Positions 25,366-38,861 of a DNA stretch of 64,000 nucleotides are shown piece by piece. Made by a program: the position numbers and the translations under genes. The notes below the pieces were generated by a model. That model saw only the letters and a program-made list of their open reading frames with translations, ran no database searches and was not told the origin of the DNA. Source of the DNA: Octopus bimaculoides. Lineage: Eukaryota. Each line of letters starts with the position of its first letter. Position 1 is the stretch's first letter. The stretch is taken from assembly GCF_001194135.2 (NCBI RefSeq), contig NC_068984.1:5775406-5839405 (forward strand), written 5' to 3'.

Positions 25366-26640
25366 ATGCCTTTGTACGTCCGCAGCAAAGAGAACTGAGA
25401 TAGGAGTTGAAAACTGTCGGTGAGAAAGTCCTTGCAGAAGATAGAAATCCAGCAGAGATCAATCATTAGTCTGCAGTATGATGAGGAGACAAGCGGAGAT
25501 GCACCTTTACAGTCGAGTACGGGTTTCTCAAGGAAGGAGTAGACCAAGTTTTACCAGACTCAAGCGTAGTTTAAAATAATTTTCAAATAATTACTCTCTT
25601 TACATTAAATGAAAGCATTTTGTTGCCAGAGTTAATATACTTTTAAGACTGTCATGAAAAAATCTTGAGGAGAGGAAATTATCCAACAGTGACTCGCTGG
25701 AAAAGTGTCACTTAGTCATCCAGAGCAGAGGTTTTTAACTGATGTCAATGGTATGGAAAACTAGAGGAATATTGTACAGGCATTGAATAACTTTGCTGTC
25801 TGATTCATAATACATCGTGGTTGTAGTGTTTCGCTGACATTTTAAGTTACTCCTGTCCTACCCGACATCAGATCATCCAGAAGAGGATCAATTTCACTGC
25901 TAATGCTAATGACATTTCATGCAATGATTTACATGATAAACACATTGTGTACATTTATTTCAAACTTGCCGTTGATAATCATATCGTCTTGTAAATTTTT
26001 TACGATAGCAAACATGTTGCGTTATGATCGTAGTTCATGTTTCAGGACAATTAGTTTACGTGTGAGCGTCTCTGGTCGGCAGTTTCCGTAGATGTTCGGT
26101 AGTCAATCATAAATACACAGCTGCAGTTTCGGTTAATTGATTATTCATTTTGAATTTAATGAGAGTAGCAAATTGTCCATTATGCATGTATGCGTGTATG
26201 TAAGAATGTATGTGTATATGTGCACGTGTGTATACTGTATGCGTGCGCACGAATGTTGGTGCACGTGTGTGGATGAAAGCATTGTTAGTGCACGTGAATG
26301 TGTGTGCTTGCATGTATGAGTGTTGCTATGTGTGTTTATATTTATGCCCATAAGTATGCCTGCTGGCCTGTCCGTATGCATGTACGAAGAAGATAATCCT
26401 TTTAATTTAATTAAGTGAGAATTATAATTTATTATTAAAATTACTGTTATAGAAATTTTGTGATTAATGCAATATTGAAAATTGACTATTGAACATTCGC
26501 GGTTCACTGGAATTTCCCAGATACAGTCTCACTGAAGTTCTATTGAAATACCAAAGACAGAGCAACAACAGCAACGGAGCCGTTGTGGAGAATGCAGCAT
26601 CGACTACTTGCCGAGCTTCAGATAGAATAGTAATATTGGT

Positions 26641-26768
26641 TACACATTTCTGGCAGAACGCCGGTAAGTTCGGGGGAGGGGCTAAATCGATTACATCGAC
26701 CCCAGTTCCGGTGCCCAACCGATTTCTATTTTATCCACTCCGAAAGGATGAAAGGTAAAGTCGACTGC
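26641..26768 (-). mobile_element. SINE family B 3' part
   Basis: aatcgattacatcgaccccag...cgaaaggatgaaaggtaaagtcgac. Confidence 0.8.
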
Positions 26769-27189
26769 TAAGCATTTTCCCCATCAAGCCAACAACACTG
26801 CTGGCTCCCAGCCTTTATAAATAACAGTAATAAAACAATAAAACAATAATTACTAATTGCGGCAGCAGTAACCGTATGGGTGCGAGTTCCTTTTTCAGTC
26901 GCTTGGTACCAGGTTCAATGTTACAGCGTAAATCGTTACGCAAGTCTTTTCTGCCATATTCTTTGTTTTGAGTCGGGCTTTGTGAGCAAAACCGTTCGGA
27001 AGATCATCGGATAAAGGGTATGTTATTGATCCGTAGATCTAATCTATCGTCTGACTGAACTGCTCCCAACCCTGGGCCTACTGACCGTTTAAAAATGCCA
27101 ATTATGTCGCAAAAATGTAGACGAGATTACTGTTTAATATATTAGGATTCTTGTTATTGTATCAACTCGTGAACCGTGACTTGTCTTGT

Positions 27190-27920
27190 AAATGTTATTC
27201 CACGCTCCTTATGAGCCTGATCTGCAGTCAAGATCATTTCTGCCATTCAACCGCATCTTGACAAATATACCGTGATACCTACACTCTCGTTCTCTCTCAG
27301 GCTCCCTCTAAAAGAGTGCACTTACTGGTCTTTTCATTGACATTCATAGCTCATGGTTGAGCTTTTGTAATCTCACACTGATGGTTTTGCGAAACTTAAT
27401 CAGCTTGGCCTTTTTTCATCCGTAATGTGGCCGCACCAAACTACTGTTTCTATGATCTTAAGACGTTGTCTGTGGGAGACATCTGCAGTCCTATAGATTC
27501 CGCTCGTCTTTCGCACATTTCACGGGCATACATCACGGTTAGCATAAAGATAGCTATACACAGTTGAAGTTTGGGGTCTTGGTTGGTAGAATAATTGGTC
27601 CGTACAAGCTTCAGGCATTGGAAAACTGCTATAACTTAGCTGATTCTTTTCTCCACATTCTATTCATAGTTTCCATTCTTGGATACATTTTGTGTTTAGG
27701 AATGTGAATGAATCAGCACTCTCCAGAGGTTGGCCTACACCAACTCAAATTCTTGCTGCACCTCACCAATAAGCATCACTTTCCTCTTTTCATTGCTGAT
27801 CCAAATACTAACTTTTGAGCTGCTGTTACTGGTTGTCATCATCATACCTGCTGTATTAAGGAGCCAAATTAAATTCTGTGAGTTTTCCCTGCCCCCATTT
27901 GATACTGGTTCCCACTTTGA
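27190..27920 (-). pseudogene. RTE-clade LINE ORF2 remnant (RT C-terminus and thumb)
   Basis: Degraded minus-strand motifs in order: ISNEKRKVMLIG, PLESADSFTFL, VEKRIS, LTVMYA, DVSHRQRLKII, WCGHITDE. Confidence 0.7.
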
Positions 27921-28012
27921 CTTAATCATTATGAATCCGTAGAAGACGTTAAGAAAAGGAACAGTATTTGCCCAAGAGACATTCCTGTGAAGATAGATGC
28001 ACAATTTATCAG

Positions 28013-28260
28013 TTATTTGTTTCGGTCACTGGACTACGGCTATGCTGTGGCACTACCTTGAACGGATTTAGTCGAGAAAACCGCCCCCCACTATATATAT
28101 ATTTAAGTTTTGTACCTACTATTGCTGGGGATATATATATATATATATATATATAGCAATTTCTGTCTGCTAACATCATAGTGCATAAATCAGCGAACCA
28201 ATATTCAGCAAATGTTGCATACATGTTACACTAACATCCAGCATAGGCTAATTGGATTTC
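28013..28260 (-). mobile_element. Degenerate SINE family A
   Basis: tgtttcggtcactggactacggctatgctgtggcactacc...tttagtcgagaaa. Confidence 0.6.
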
Positions 28261-28849
28261 AATAAAAGTCTATAACGGTGCTCCCTACAAGTGGAGAGAA
28301 GTAGTGCGAAATGCTTAAGTTTGAGGGAAACGCAGCAGCAGAGTGAGGGTGATTTATGTCAGGGAAGGTGACAACAGCATCATGCAAGTGACAAATATTG
28401 AGTTTCAATGGGATGTTAACGTTAATACAGTTGTCAGGTGTACGCGAAGCTGCATGCATAATTTCGTAAATACATAGATACAACACACACACAAAGGTGG
28501 GTGTGAGGAATATTTAGCGTTAGGAAGAGAAGGGGTAGGCGTCTTTTCTGATGTCAATCGCAAAGAAAGACACTCATATATTAAAATCATTAGGAGGAGG
28601 AAGCAAAGCAAAGCATTACAAGGACCAAAGTTATTAGAATTTCTCAATTTTTATTGAAGAAAGTCTTGCAAAACGATCGAACAGATATGTAAATAATTTA
28701 AATAGGAAACAAATCCGTAACGAAGTTTTTTTGCGAAAATTTGCACAAATCTGTCCTGATCAAGAGGCCTATACATGATCAGACATGTAATGAACAAAAC
28801 TTTATATGAAACATTCTATTGTAAAAATTACCAACGACAAGTTATTCAG

Positions 28850-28892
<43 letters not shown>

Positions 28893-29169
28893 GAATTTTT
28901 CAAGCTGATCACATGAAGATATATATATATATATATATAATGTATGTATATATGGTAGGCTTTCCCATAAGTTTCGTTTACCAAATTCACACGCACAGCA
29001 TCTCGCCATATTTGTCCTCCTGCAAATCAATCTTATGATTGATAAAACATACTGTAAGAAAATCATCCGTGGATGTTCCATGTGATTGTTGTCAAACCCT
29101 CCATGAAGTCGTATAAGTTGACCACAAGCAGTTCCTGGAACTGATGAGAAAGCTCAATGATGTTGCATA

Positions 29170-29310
29170 TCGTTTCAGTCACTGGACTGTGACCATGCTG
29201 GGGCACCATCTTGAGGCGACTGAGTAAAGCAAGCCGATCCCCAATACTTTTATTTTTAAGTTTTGTATCCTACTATTACTAAACCGCTAAGTTATTGAGT
29301 ACGACTTTAC
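29170..29310 (-). mobile_element. Degenerate SINE family A 3' half
   Basis: gtttcagtcactggactgtgaccatgctggggcacc...aaaccgctaagtta. Confidence 0.65.
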
Positions 29311-30397
29311 ACATTTGGAGCTCGCTTAATTCTCAGGTAAACAGTCATCAGTAACATTCAGGCGAGTAAGGAGGACCCACTGCAGAACACCTTGCCAGAG
29401 ACAGACGCCAAAATTATTCCACCTGTAGCGTATGCCTCCTCTGTTATCCAAATAGAGATGGTCCGAATGAAGTGAGTATCATTAAACCGGAATTAGAGTT
29501 GCAGAGAGTAGATTCCCCCACATGCTTGAAACTTGCCAGCAATCCAGAACATTCAACACTGTATTAATTGCGTAAACTGTAAGACAGATTAAGCTTTCTA
29601 GAGAGAACGTTTCATAAGGAGTCCATCATTAAAAATCTTTCATATATGTTTTGTATAAATTCAGTTATTAACAAACTGCAATCAGTCGGCATGCATTGAG
29701 AGATAAACGATTAAGCGTGCAGTCTTTTGAACTGCTTTGCTACAATTAACCGAGTGCATTTCCAACAGAAAGCAACAACTCGGCAGCAGATTCGAGTTTC
29801 TTTACATCGGATTCTTTTAAACTATGGTAAACTGTTATGGCATATCAGATGCAATCGTTTGACAAAAAGCACACACGCATCTAACAAGAAGCTCACTCAC
29901 AAATAGAAGCTCTCGCACACGATGTATATGCATGCGGGTGTGCATGCGTGCGTGCTTGTGTGTGTAGAGCTGTACTGTGGGCATACAAACATATAAAAAC
30001 ATGCTAAATCTACTTAGCTCTCTGTAGATTGAAAACATGCACAGGCTAAAAGGGTTTTCGACCCCTATTGGAGTCTCATGACAGGTTTCTACATCACTCG
30101 AAACAAGCAGCCAATTCGTTTGTGATACGCACCAAATCTAGTGACTCCAGAGAATCGGGTTCACAAATGAGTATTTCGTATTCTAGTTAAAGTGTATGGA
30201 AACAATGATCTACCCTCTTGTTACTCGGAATCTCACGTGTAATCGATCAGACAATGAATTGGTAACAATGGTTTGCCACAAAGTATTAGATTGGTAAAAT
30301 GTAAACTGGTCGAATGTGTGGGAACGCTGAAGATATATCGATGACTATCCAGTGAAATCAAGTGATCATATGTGCACGCACTTTAGATAGATAGATA

Positions 30398-31655
30398 TTG
30401 GGTCATCCCATAAATAATGCAGTTTTTTCAATTGCACGAAATAAAAGTCGGCGGAGACGGATAAGCTACCTGCATCAACTTACTACAAAAACAGGTAGTC
30501 ATTTTACTTGTACTTATTCTTAGTGCAAGTTTTGAAGAGTGCAGTTCGATTTTAACAGTTACTTTTTCAAAGCTATAATGGAAGTGACAAAGGGGCATAT
30601 TCCACATATTTTGTTTTATGAATTCAACAAAGGGAACAACGCAATGGAAAATGCAAGGAATATTAATGCAGTATATGGAGATCAGACACTAAGAATAAGC
30701 TGGTGTCAAAGGTGGTTCCAGATATTCCAAGCTGGAAACTGCAGCCTAGAAGATGAGCCTCGTCCTGAAAGATCTATAGAGCTTGATAGGGACATCCAAA
30801 TCCTGGTAGAACAAAATATTATCGTAATTGTTGTGGAACTAGCAGAGAAACTTGGATTTGGTCATTCAACCATTTGTCAACACCTACATGCCATCGGTAA
30901 AGTCAGAAAATTGGGTCAATGTGTTCCCCACAAACTTTCCGAGTCTAATCGCGTGCAGAGAGTGAATGTGTGCTCTTCTTTGCTGTCACGTCTCACAAAT
31001 GAACCTCTTTGTGAACCGAATAGTGACTGCTGACGAGAAAGTGGTTCTCTATGAAAATATCAAGCGCCGAAGACAGTAGGCAGAGAACGGAGGAACAACG
31101 GCACCCCAGAGTAAAGAAGGTCTTCACCCACGCAAGGTGTTGTTATCTGTTTGGTGGGATATGAAAGGTTTCGTCCACTTAGAACTTTTAAACTCAAACC
31201 AAGCGATAACAAAGTAGATCTACCGCAAACAGCTCGAGTGGCTTAAGTCAGCGCTGGTTTCAAGACGAAAGGTGTTCCATGAAGATAATGCTCTGCTCAG
31301 CCACATGCAGCGAGGACCACAGTTCAAATGCTGGAGCAGTTTGAATGAGAAACGATGCCCCGCCCACCCTATTCACCGGACATTGCCTCATCTGTTTATC
31401 ACTTATTCCGCAGTCCTCAAAATCATTTGGACGTAAAATATATGAATTCTGTAGACGAGGTTGGAACAGTACTGGAGGAGTATTTTTCATCACGGACAAG
31501 TGAAGTTTCGAAGAGGATCCTTCCAAGTCTACCAGATAGAAGAAAGAGCATTGTTGAAAATGAAGGGGAGGATATTTTAGATTAACAGGGAACTTCGTCC
31601 ACCTTAATTTTGAAAAAAGATATTAAAAAACTGTATTATTTATGGTATGATCCAA
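30398..31655 (+). mobile_element. Full-length (1258 bp) inactive mariner DNA transposon
   Basis: TIRs ttgggtcatcccataaataatgcagtttttt / aaaaaactgtattatttatggtatgatccaa (3 mismatches in 31 nt); TA at 30396-30397 and 31656-31657; encloses transposase remnant. Confidence 0.95.
30578..31585 (+). pseudogene. Mariner (DD34D-type) transposase pseudogene
   Basis: HTH region, CVPHKL (WVPHEL), IVTADEK, HPRKVLLSVWWDMKG, VFHEDNA, PPYSPDIASSVYHLFRS; frameshifts, internal stops, third catalytic D reads V. Confidence 0.92.
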
Positions 31656-31664
31656 TAGATGATC

Positions 31665-31688
31665 AGACAGACAGACAGACAGACAGAC

Positions 31689-31750
<62 letters not shown>

Positions 31751-31752
31751 GC
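31665..31752. repeat. (GACA)n/(GATA)n microsatellite, the mariner target
   Basis: gata units on both sides of the mariner. Confidence 0.95.
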
Positions 31753-32304
31753 GTGTCCTAGTTCTGAAGGATCGATTCTTAAAGAAAAGGTCCTGTGGTC
31801 GATTCTTGGATGGGGGTGGGGGTTCTGTGGCCTTAAGTAAGTTAGCACTTTTCACGTTATTCCTGTGTCCTCAGCCTAGTGCAGGTGTAGCCCTCTCTCC
31901 CTTCAGCCGTTGAATTGGACCATGAGTAGGGGCAGCGAGAAGGTAGCTTGCTGCTCACGATTCCATAGGCTCCTAAAACAAGTAGCGAAAGCACTGAAAA
32001 CATAACTGTGTTGCATGCGCTCGCGGCTTACGAGTAAGGTTTACGTGTGTGCGTGAAGAAGAAGAAGAAAAAATAAAAATGCTGGGCTGCAAAGAGATTA
32101 AGCCATAACCGAAAGACAAACAGAAATAAAACAATAAGAGTGGGCCCGAAGCAAAAGCATTAAGAATTATTGAGAGGCAGAAACAAAACCTTTATTTCCG
32201 ATGTGTGTGTGTGTATGCGTATAAGCCCTTTTTTTTCCTCAATGAACTTCTGCATCCATCCTTTCTGTTTGTTTCCCGACATCACATACGCCTATCATAC
32301 AGGC

Positions 32305-32342
<38 letters not shown>

Positions 32343-32549
32343 TTTCAGCAATCATTCTCTCACAAAACTCTAAATCTCTCTCACATCCCCTTTTTATACA
32401 GAACATATTTCTTCTTTCATCCCCCCCTCCTTCTATACTCTCTCTTTCTCTCTTTCATACATCTCTATATTTAACTGTCTTTTTCGCGTGATTGCACGTC
32501 ACACAATCAGCTGACTGTCACCCTTGCAATCATCTACTCTCTCTCTCTT

Positions 32550-32583
<34 letters not shown>

Positions 32584-32956
32584 CTTCAAGCCTGACAAAA
32601 AGAGGAAACCAACCAAGAGAGACATCTGATACGTGACTCACCGTTTTATATAAACTAACATAGGTTTTTGTGTTTCTACGTGTTTTGGTCTTTTCCATAA
32701 CAGCATAATTTTTTACAAGCGTTTGTGCATTTGATTTTCTCTCCAGCAACAATGTGTATAATTGTTGCCTTTCAAATCAAAGTGCATCACGGTGTTTTGC
32801 ACATATAAAGAAATTGCAATGCATGATGACAACTGCAGTTTCGGAGGAAGGAAAACACTGACTGGCTGTCATTTACAGGAGAATTTTAAGAGAGGGAATA
32901 AATATTCTGCATATTTATTTGTTTTCTATCCGTTAGACATAGAAATGTGATTGTGA

Positions 32957-33118
<162 letters not shown>

Positions 33119-33840
33119 AGAAATCAGTTGGAGGAAGAAATGCTACACCTGATAGCATATCTTTTTAAATAAACATCCATTTGGATCATACTCTTAAAAT
33201 ATTTCGGATACAAATAAAAGAACTATCGTCGGTGAAGGACAGCGCGCCTAGACCATTCATTCTGAATAAATTAGGTGTATTTCAGGGGAGGTCACTCTAA
33301 CGGGCAAGCGTCATGTTCAAGTCTTGCGTTGGTTTCCCATGTTTGATTTCTTTATGAGATGTTTGAATAATGAAGCATTATGAGAATAATGAAGCTTTTC
33401 TACACAGAGAAATTGATTTGGTTAGCTTGTGCAGGTTTTTAAAGAATCTTTTCTCTTTGACTGGTTTCAGTCAGAGACTTTGGCTCAGCTGGAGCACCGC
33501 ATTTCAGTATGATTAGGTTTCTTTCCTCTACTCATTTTGGTGACTCAAACTGAGCCCCTCTTTGTGCCTCCAGCCGCGATGTGGGTTTATCTGGTATCTC
33601 AGATAGAAATTTGTCCGGACGCTCTTTGAAAACCCCCACATCTATACTCCACAAATCTGAGGCTGTTTGACAGAATGTTGAACAATTTTGGATCCTAGAA
33701 ACTCGAGTTGTTACGGTACTTGGTCCCTATTCTAAATGGAGAAGACGAAATCATTGGTACAATGCAGTGTCGTCCAGTTCAGTGGTTGGTATAGTTTTCA
33801 ATCCCAAAGTTGGGAACTAGAGTTTACAGCATCAAACGAG

Positions 33841-33967
33841 AAATGCGCCCTTTCAAAGCCTAGCCAGGCTCATGGCTTTCCGGTTTCTATGGCATATGTG
33901 TTCCCCCAGCTGGACGGGACGCCAGTCCATCGCAGCGTTACTCAAGAAACGGGAAGAAAGAGTGAGA
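33841..33967 (-). mobile_element. SINE 3' fragment with V-domain-like motif
   Basis: Minus strand ctgcgatggactggcgtcccgtccagc resembles the V-SINE central motif as I recall it; single copy in this window. Confidence 0.45.
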
Positions 33968-34777
33968 CAAAAAACAAAGAAACAAGTCATATAATGCGCG
34001 CGCGCGCGATCACTGAAACAAGTACGAAAATAAATTTCTTTTTTAAAATTTCGCCGCTCCCCTTTTTTGTTGCTTGACCCTGTTTTTAGTCGAACTATGA
34101 AATCTTACCTAAGCTGGTCAGAATTTGTGATTGGAACGAGCTTATGGAACCTGGGCATTCGCCTGGTTTGTTTGGAGCCAGCCTTGAGGGTCAGTCATTT
34201 TGAGAACAACTACTAGTGCGATGCTGGTGCTAAACCGTCGTTTTGGATCGAGGTGTTAAACCTTTTAGATATTCTGGTACTGCTTGCCCTATCATCAGGT
34301 GACCAAGATTTTTTTTTTTAAGAAAAAACTTTTTAATCTGCTCCTGTTTGACCAGTTCTGGAGAATTCTTCAATATTCTTGTACTGTTTCCCGGGTCTTC
34401 TAGGCTCTACAACAATGAAGTATTCTGTCCTCAAAGCGAACAGAGCACTTGCTGCGGATTTGAACTCTTAACGGAGACACTGTTTCAGTCGCATCACAAT
34501 TTCTCAACCATCACACACACACACTGTCTCTCTAGCACACACACTCTCTCATTCTTTCACTGTCTTCTGCCTATCATTTTCTCCCTCTCTCATCTCCCGT
34601 AGATACAGAAGCAGTTTATACACATTCCGATACATGCATGCATACATGCACTTGTCATGATTAACACAAAAATACATGCGTATATATTCGGCGTTTGAGC
34701 TCTCATCCACACAGAAACAAGTACTTTACACACCCGCATACACAAACTTACACTGTACGCAAACACAGACATCTGAG

Positions 34778-34810
<33 letters not shown>

Positions 34811-35825
34811 GCATTCTATACATGTACAAATATTTTATGCATATACACACGCAAAACACTCCTGCAGCAACCATTTAATAAACTATTTCTCTAATATACA
34901 AAATTTTCTGTTTCTAATTTCTCTCTCTCTCACACACACAAACTACACACGAGCAATTTATACACACACACACACACTTATCTATCTATCTATATATCCA
35001 TTTGTCTATCTATCTATCTATCTATATATATATTTTGCTATCTATCTATCGAGCTCTCTACCTCTTCTATGTATATGCTCTCCACTCACTTTCCCGTCTT
35101 TTCTCCTCTTCCTCTCCCTCTCATATAGATTCAAAACATGAACATCTCATTGCTCAATCGTATTATTTCTACCCTTATTCATTATTCAAGCACCTACCAA
35201 CCCTTTCCCTCTTCCCCTTCATTACCTCTCTCCCCCTCTCTCTCTATTTACTTTCCCTCCCCACCAACAAACTTCTATCTCTCAAGCCTTCTCTCTTATT
35301 CTCCACTTCCATATCTCCACACGTTGCTTTCTCTCTCTCTCTCCCCTCCCGCTCTCTCTATACTCCTTATCCGAACACTCCTCCCCCACTCTCTGCCTCA
35401 CATTCACTTCCTCTCCCCCTCTCGCTCCCCCTCATATTCAATATAATTGTGTATTAATTGAATGAATTCTTTATATTGATAGTTATCATTTCGCTGTTCT
35501 GGAAATAGATTCAGAATAAATCAGAATAAATCTCATTTTACTTGATGCTACCAAAATTTATTGTAATGACGTCCAGGGATGTTACACTACAAGGAACTAT
35601 TTGCTTGCATTCGTGTATATGTGTGTGTATATACACGGGTGTATGTGTCTGTACGTGTACGTGTGCTACTGTATATATATCTGTGTGAGTTTGGATGTGT
35701 GTCATATTTTTTTACTTCCTTCTTTTTCTACTATTTTAATCGAGGTCTACAAAAGAATTTGGAGCTTCTAAATGCATCAGAAATCAATACAATGGAACTT
35801 ATTGGATGTAACTGAATATACACGC

Positions 35826-35860
<35 letters not shown>

Positions 35861-36024
35861 CATATACACACACACACACACACACACATGATCTGTACTT
35901 TTAAATTTATGTGTATATCTGTCTGTATGTATAACTAATGCAATTTCTAAATGCACACAAACACATATATACATACACTCGCACATATGTGCACATATAT
36001 ACAAATATATCCTCACATATAAAC

Positions 36025-36110
<86 letters not shown>

Positions 36111-36898
36111 NNNNNNNNNNNNNNNNNNNNNNNNNNNNNNNNNNNNNNNNNNNNNNNNNNNNNNNNNNNNNNNNNNNNNNNNNNNNNNNNNNNNNNNNNN
36201 NNNNNNNNNNNNNNNNNNNNNNNNNNNNNNNNNNNNNNNNNNNNNNNNNNNNNNNNNNNNNNNNNNNNNNNNNNNNNNNNNNNNNNNNNNNNNNNNNNNN
36301 NNNNNNNNNNNNNNNNNNNNNNNNNNNNNNNNNNNNNNNNNNNNNNNNNNNNNNNNNNNNNNNNNNNNNNNNNNNNNNNNNNNNNNNNNNNNNNNNNNNN
36401 NNNNNNNNNNNNNNNNNNNNNNNNNNNNNNNNNNNNNNNNNNNNNNNNNNNNNNNNNNNNNNNNNNNNNNNNNNNNNNNNNNNNNNNNNNNNNNNNNNNN
36501 NNNNNNNNNNNNNNNNNNNNNNNNNNNNNNNNNNNNNNNNNNNNNNNNNNNNNNNNNNNNNNNNNNNNNNNNNNNNNNNNNNNNNNNNNNNNNNNNNNNN
36601 NNNNNNNNNNNNNNNNNNNNNNNNNNNNNNNNNNNNNNNNNNNNNNNNNNNNNNNNNNNNNNNNNNNNNNNNNNNNNNNNNNNNNNNNNNNNNNNNNNNN
36701 NNNNNNNNNNNNNNNNNNNNNNNNNNNNNNNNNNNNNNNNNNNNNNNNNNNNNNNNNNNNNNNNNNNNNNNNNNNNNNNNNNNNNNNNNNNNNNNNNNNN
36801 NNNNNNNNNNNNNNNNNNNNNNNNNNNNNNNNNNNNNNNNNNNNNNNNNNNNNNNNNNNNNNNNNNNNNNNNNNNNNNNNNNNNNNNNNNNNNNNNNN
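36111..36898. other. Assembly gap with about 120 bp duplicated on both sides
   Basis: Run of N; 35926-36045 repeats at 36899-37020. Confidence 0.99.
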
Positions 36899-37003
36899 TA
36901 TGTATAACTAATGCAATTTCTAAATGCACACAAACACATATATACATACACTCGCACATATGTGCACATATATACAAATATATCCTCACATATAAACATA
37001 TAT

Positions 37004-37039
<36 letters not shown>

Positions 37040-37062
37040 TTGTTTTTGTGTGTGTGTGTGTG

Positions 37063-37265
37063 TGTGTCTATCCTGTCCCCCACCATCGCGTGACAACCGG
37101 TGGTAGCGTGTCTACATCTCCGTAAGCTAGCAGTTCGGAAAAGGACACCGATAGAATAAGTACTTGGCTTACAAAGAATAAGTCCTGGGGTCGATTTGTT
37201 CGGCTAAAGGCGGTGCTCCAGCATGGCCGCAGTCAAGTGACAACAAATAAAAGAATAAAAGAATA
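37063..37265 (+). mobile_element. SINE family A 3' half
   Basis: ccgatagaataagtacttggcttacaaagaataagtcctggggtcgat...gcagtcaagtgac with taaaagaa tail. Confidence 0.88.
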
Positions 37266-37346
37266 TATACTTAGATAATCTTCGACCACATTGGCCTAGG
37301 CCATAGGTAACTTAATAGCACCATCTAGAAAAGACATTTAGTATAT

Positions 37347-37382
<36 letters not shown>

Positions 37383-37837
37383 TGCTGTATTTGAGGATGG
37401 TCATTTTGCCAGTTTAGTTAATAAAAACAATATTTTTGGTTTGATCGCTCTCTCATTTTGCACATGAGATGCTTGGACGAAACTAGTGTTAGTGTTGTTA
37501 ACTTTTATTAAGACCATTTAGATTTTTCACAGAATTTAGCTAATGGCTAACCGTGTTTACGAAACCAATTGCGAATTTTGTACGTTTACTAGCTTTTCCA
37601 AAATTTAAAAGAATATTAATCGTTCACTATTTATTCACACACGCAAGCATGTGTCTGTATACCTGTACTAAGTATACAGCTGTATTTTTTTAAAATCCCT
37701 TTTCATATTTCCAAGAGATCTTTGCAGTTTTAAAATAGGTTCCACCCCAGGGGCATTATCACTATTTGAGGACTTTCATGGTCTTATCTTCAAAACGAAG
37801 TTATGCTGGCACATGTTACTTCCTGCTTATATATATA

Positions 37838-37885
37838 NNNNNNNNNNNNNNNNNNNNNNNNNNNNNNNNNNNNNNNNNNNNNNNN
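37838..37885. other. Assembly gap within (TA)n
   Basis: Run of N. Confidence 0.99.
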
Positions 37886-38007
37886 ATATATATATATATA
37901 TATATATAGATGGTTAGTATAGATATAATCGCTCGTATTTTGATTTTCGAACTGTAGTGTTAAGACCAATCAATCACGTGACTATGCTTGTTTATGAATT
38001 ATGCTTG

Positions 38008-38395
38008 TTACCTCCACCTTTGCGGAGGCGGAAGTATTGTTTTCAGTCGTGTTTGTTTGTTTGTTTGCTTGTCCGTCCGTGGACAAGATATTACAAGAAG
38101 AGCTGGATAGATTTGGATGAAACTTTCAGGGATGTTTGACCTCGTGACTGGCACGAATTGCTTAGATTTGGGGATCGATCCGGTACCGGACAAGGGTTCT
38201 GGATTATTTTTCCTTTTTTTTTTTTTTTTTTACTTAATTTTTCATAGCGATCAGGTACACTTTTAGTATTTTCGTTTGTGAGAGCAGTCGAGTTTATTTC
38301 AGATATTCTCATTTAAAAAATCATCCCCTGCTAATCGTTGAGAGGACGTTGGTGTTGCCTTGGCAGAGGTTTGTGCTCTCTGAGTGCTCTTGTTT
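38008..38395 (+). mobile_element. Complete HINE/DINE-1-like (Helentron-associated) element
   Basis: 5' ttacctccacc subterminal repeat and stem-loop, (GTTT)n/gtccgtccgt microsatellite, core, 3' ggcagaggt inverted subTIR, terminal gtgctctctgagtgc hairpin; second copy at 8310-8850. Confidence 0.8.
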
Positions 38396-38567
38396 GTATT
38401 CATTTTCCCTTTGTCCTGTCTCATGTCAGTTGCTTCCATCATTAATCATCTAATCTTTGTGGACAATTCCTTGTACTCTGCATATGTTGTTTACTAGTGT
38501 CTTCTTCCTATCTATTTTTGCTTTTCGCTTTGCGTTGCATAATCAGTTGATATTCAAGTATCTACAC

Positions 38568-38861
38568 CAGTGATTCTCAGCCATTTTTCGCCTATGGGCC
38601 TCTTTAATTCCTATTTTATTCGGATGGACCCGGATGCACTTTTAGAGCCATTTGATGTTTAAAAATTCCTATTATATTTTTATGGCTAAATATTGAAATT
38701 AAAAATTTGATGAATAAAATATGATTACCAATAATTGTAGGGAAAATTTATTAAAATATTGTGTATTGTAGAAGTTTAACCAGTTTATTGCGCATAAATA
38801 TTTACAACAAAATGATATATGGATTGCTAAGGGCCAAATGGACCTCGATTGAGAGCCACCG
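38568..38861. mobile_element. hAT (Charlie-like) MITE
   Basis: Termini cagtgattctcagcc / gattgagagccaccg; 8-bp flanks atctacac / atctacag (7/8). Confidence 0.85.

Noticed and set aside
29137-29165. Hammerhead core ctgatgag (also 46736, and tcttcag at 8210)
   Set aside because: No GAAA(C) or stem III at the required place
29330-29700. Possible minus-strand RTE remnants (also 16250-16480, 42330-42600)
   Set aside because: Only one or two short degraded motif matches each (FKHVGNLLS, IPK, NWLHQLRDL); needs a profile search
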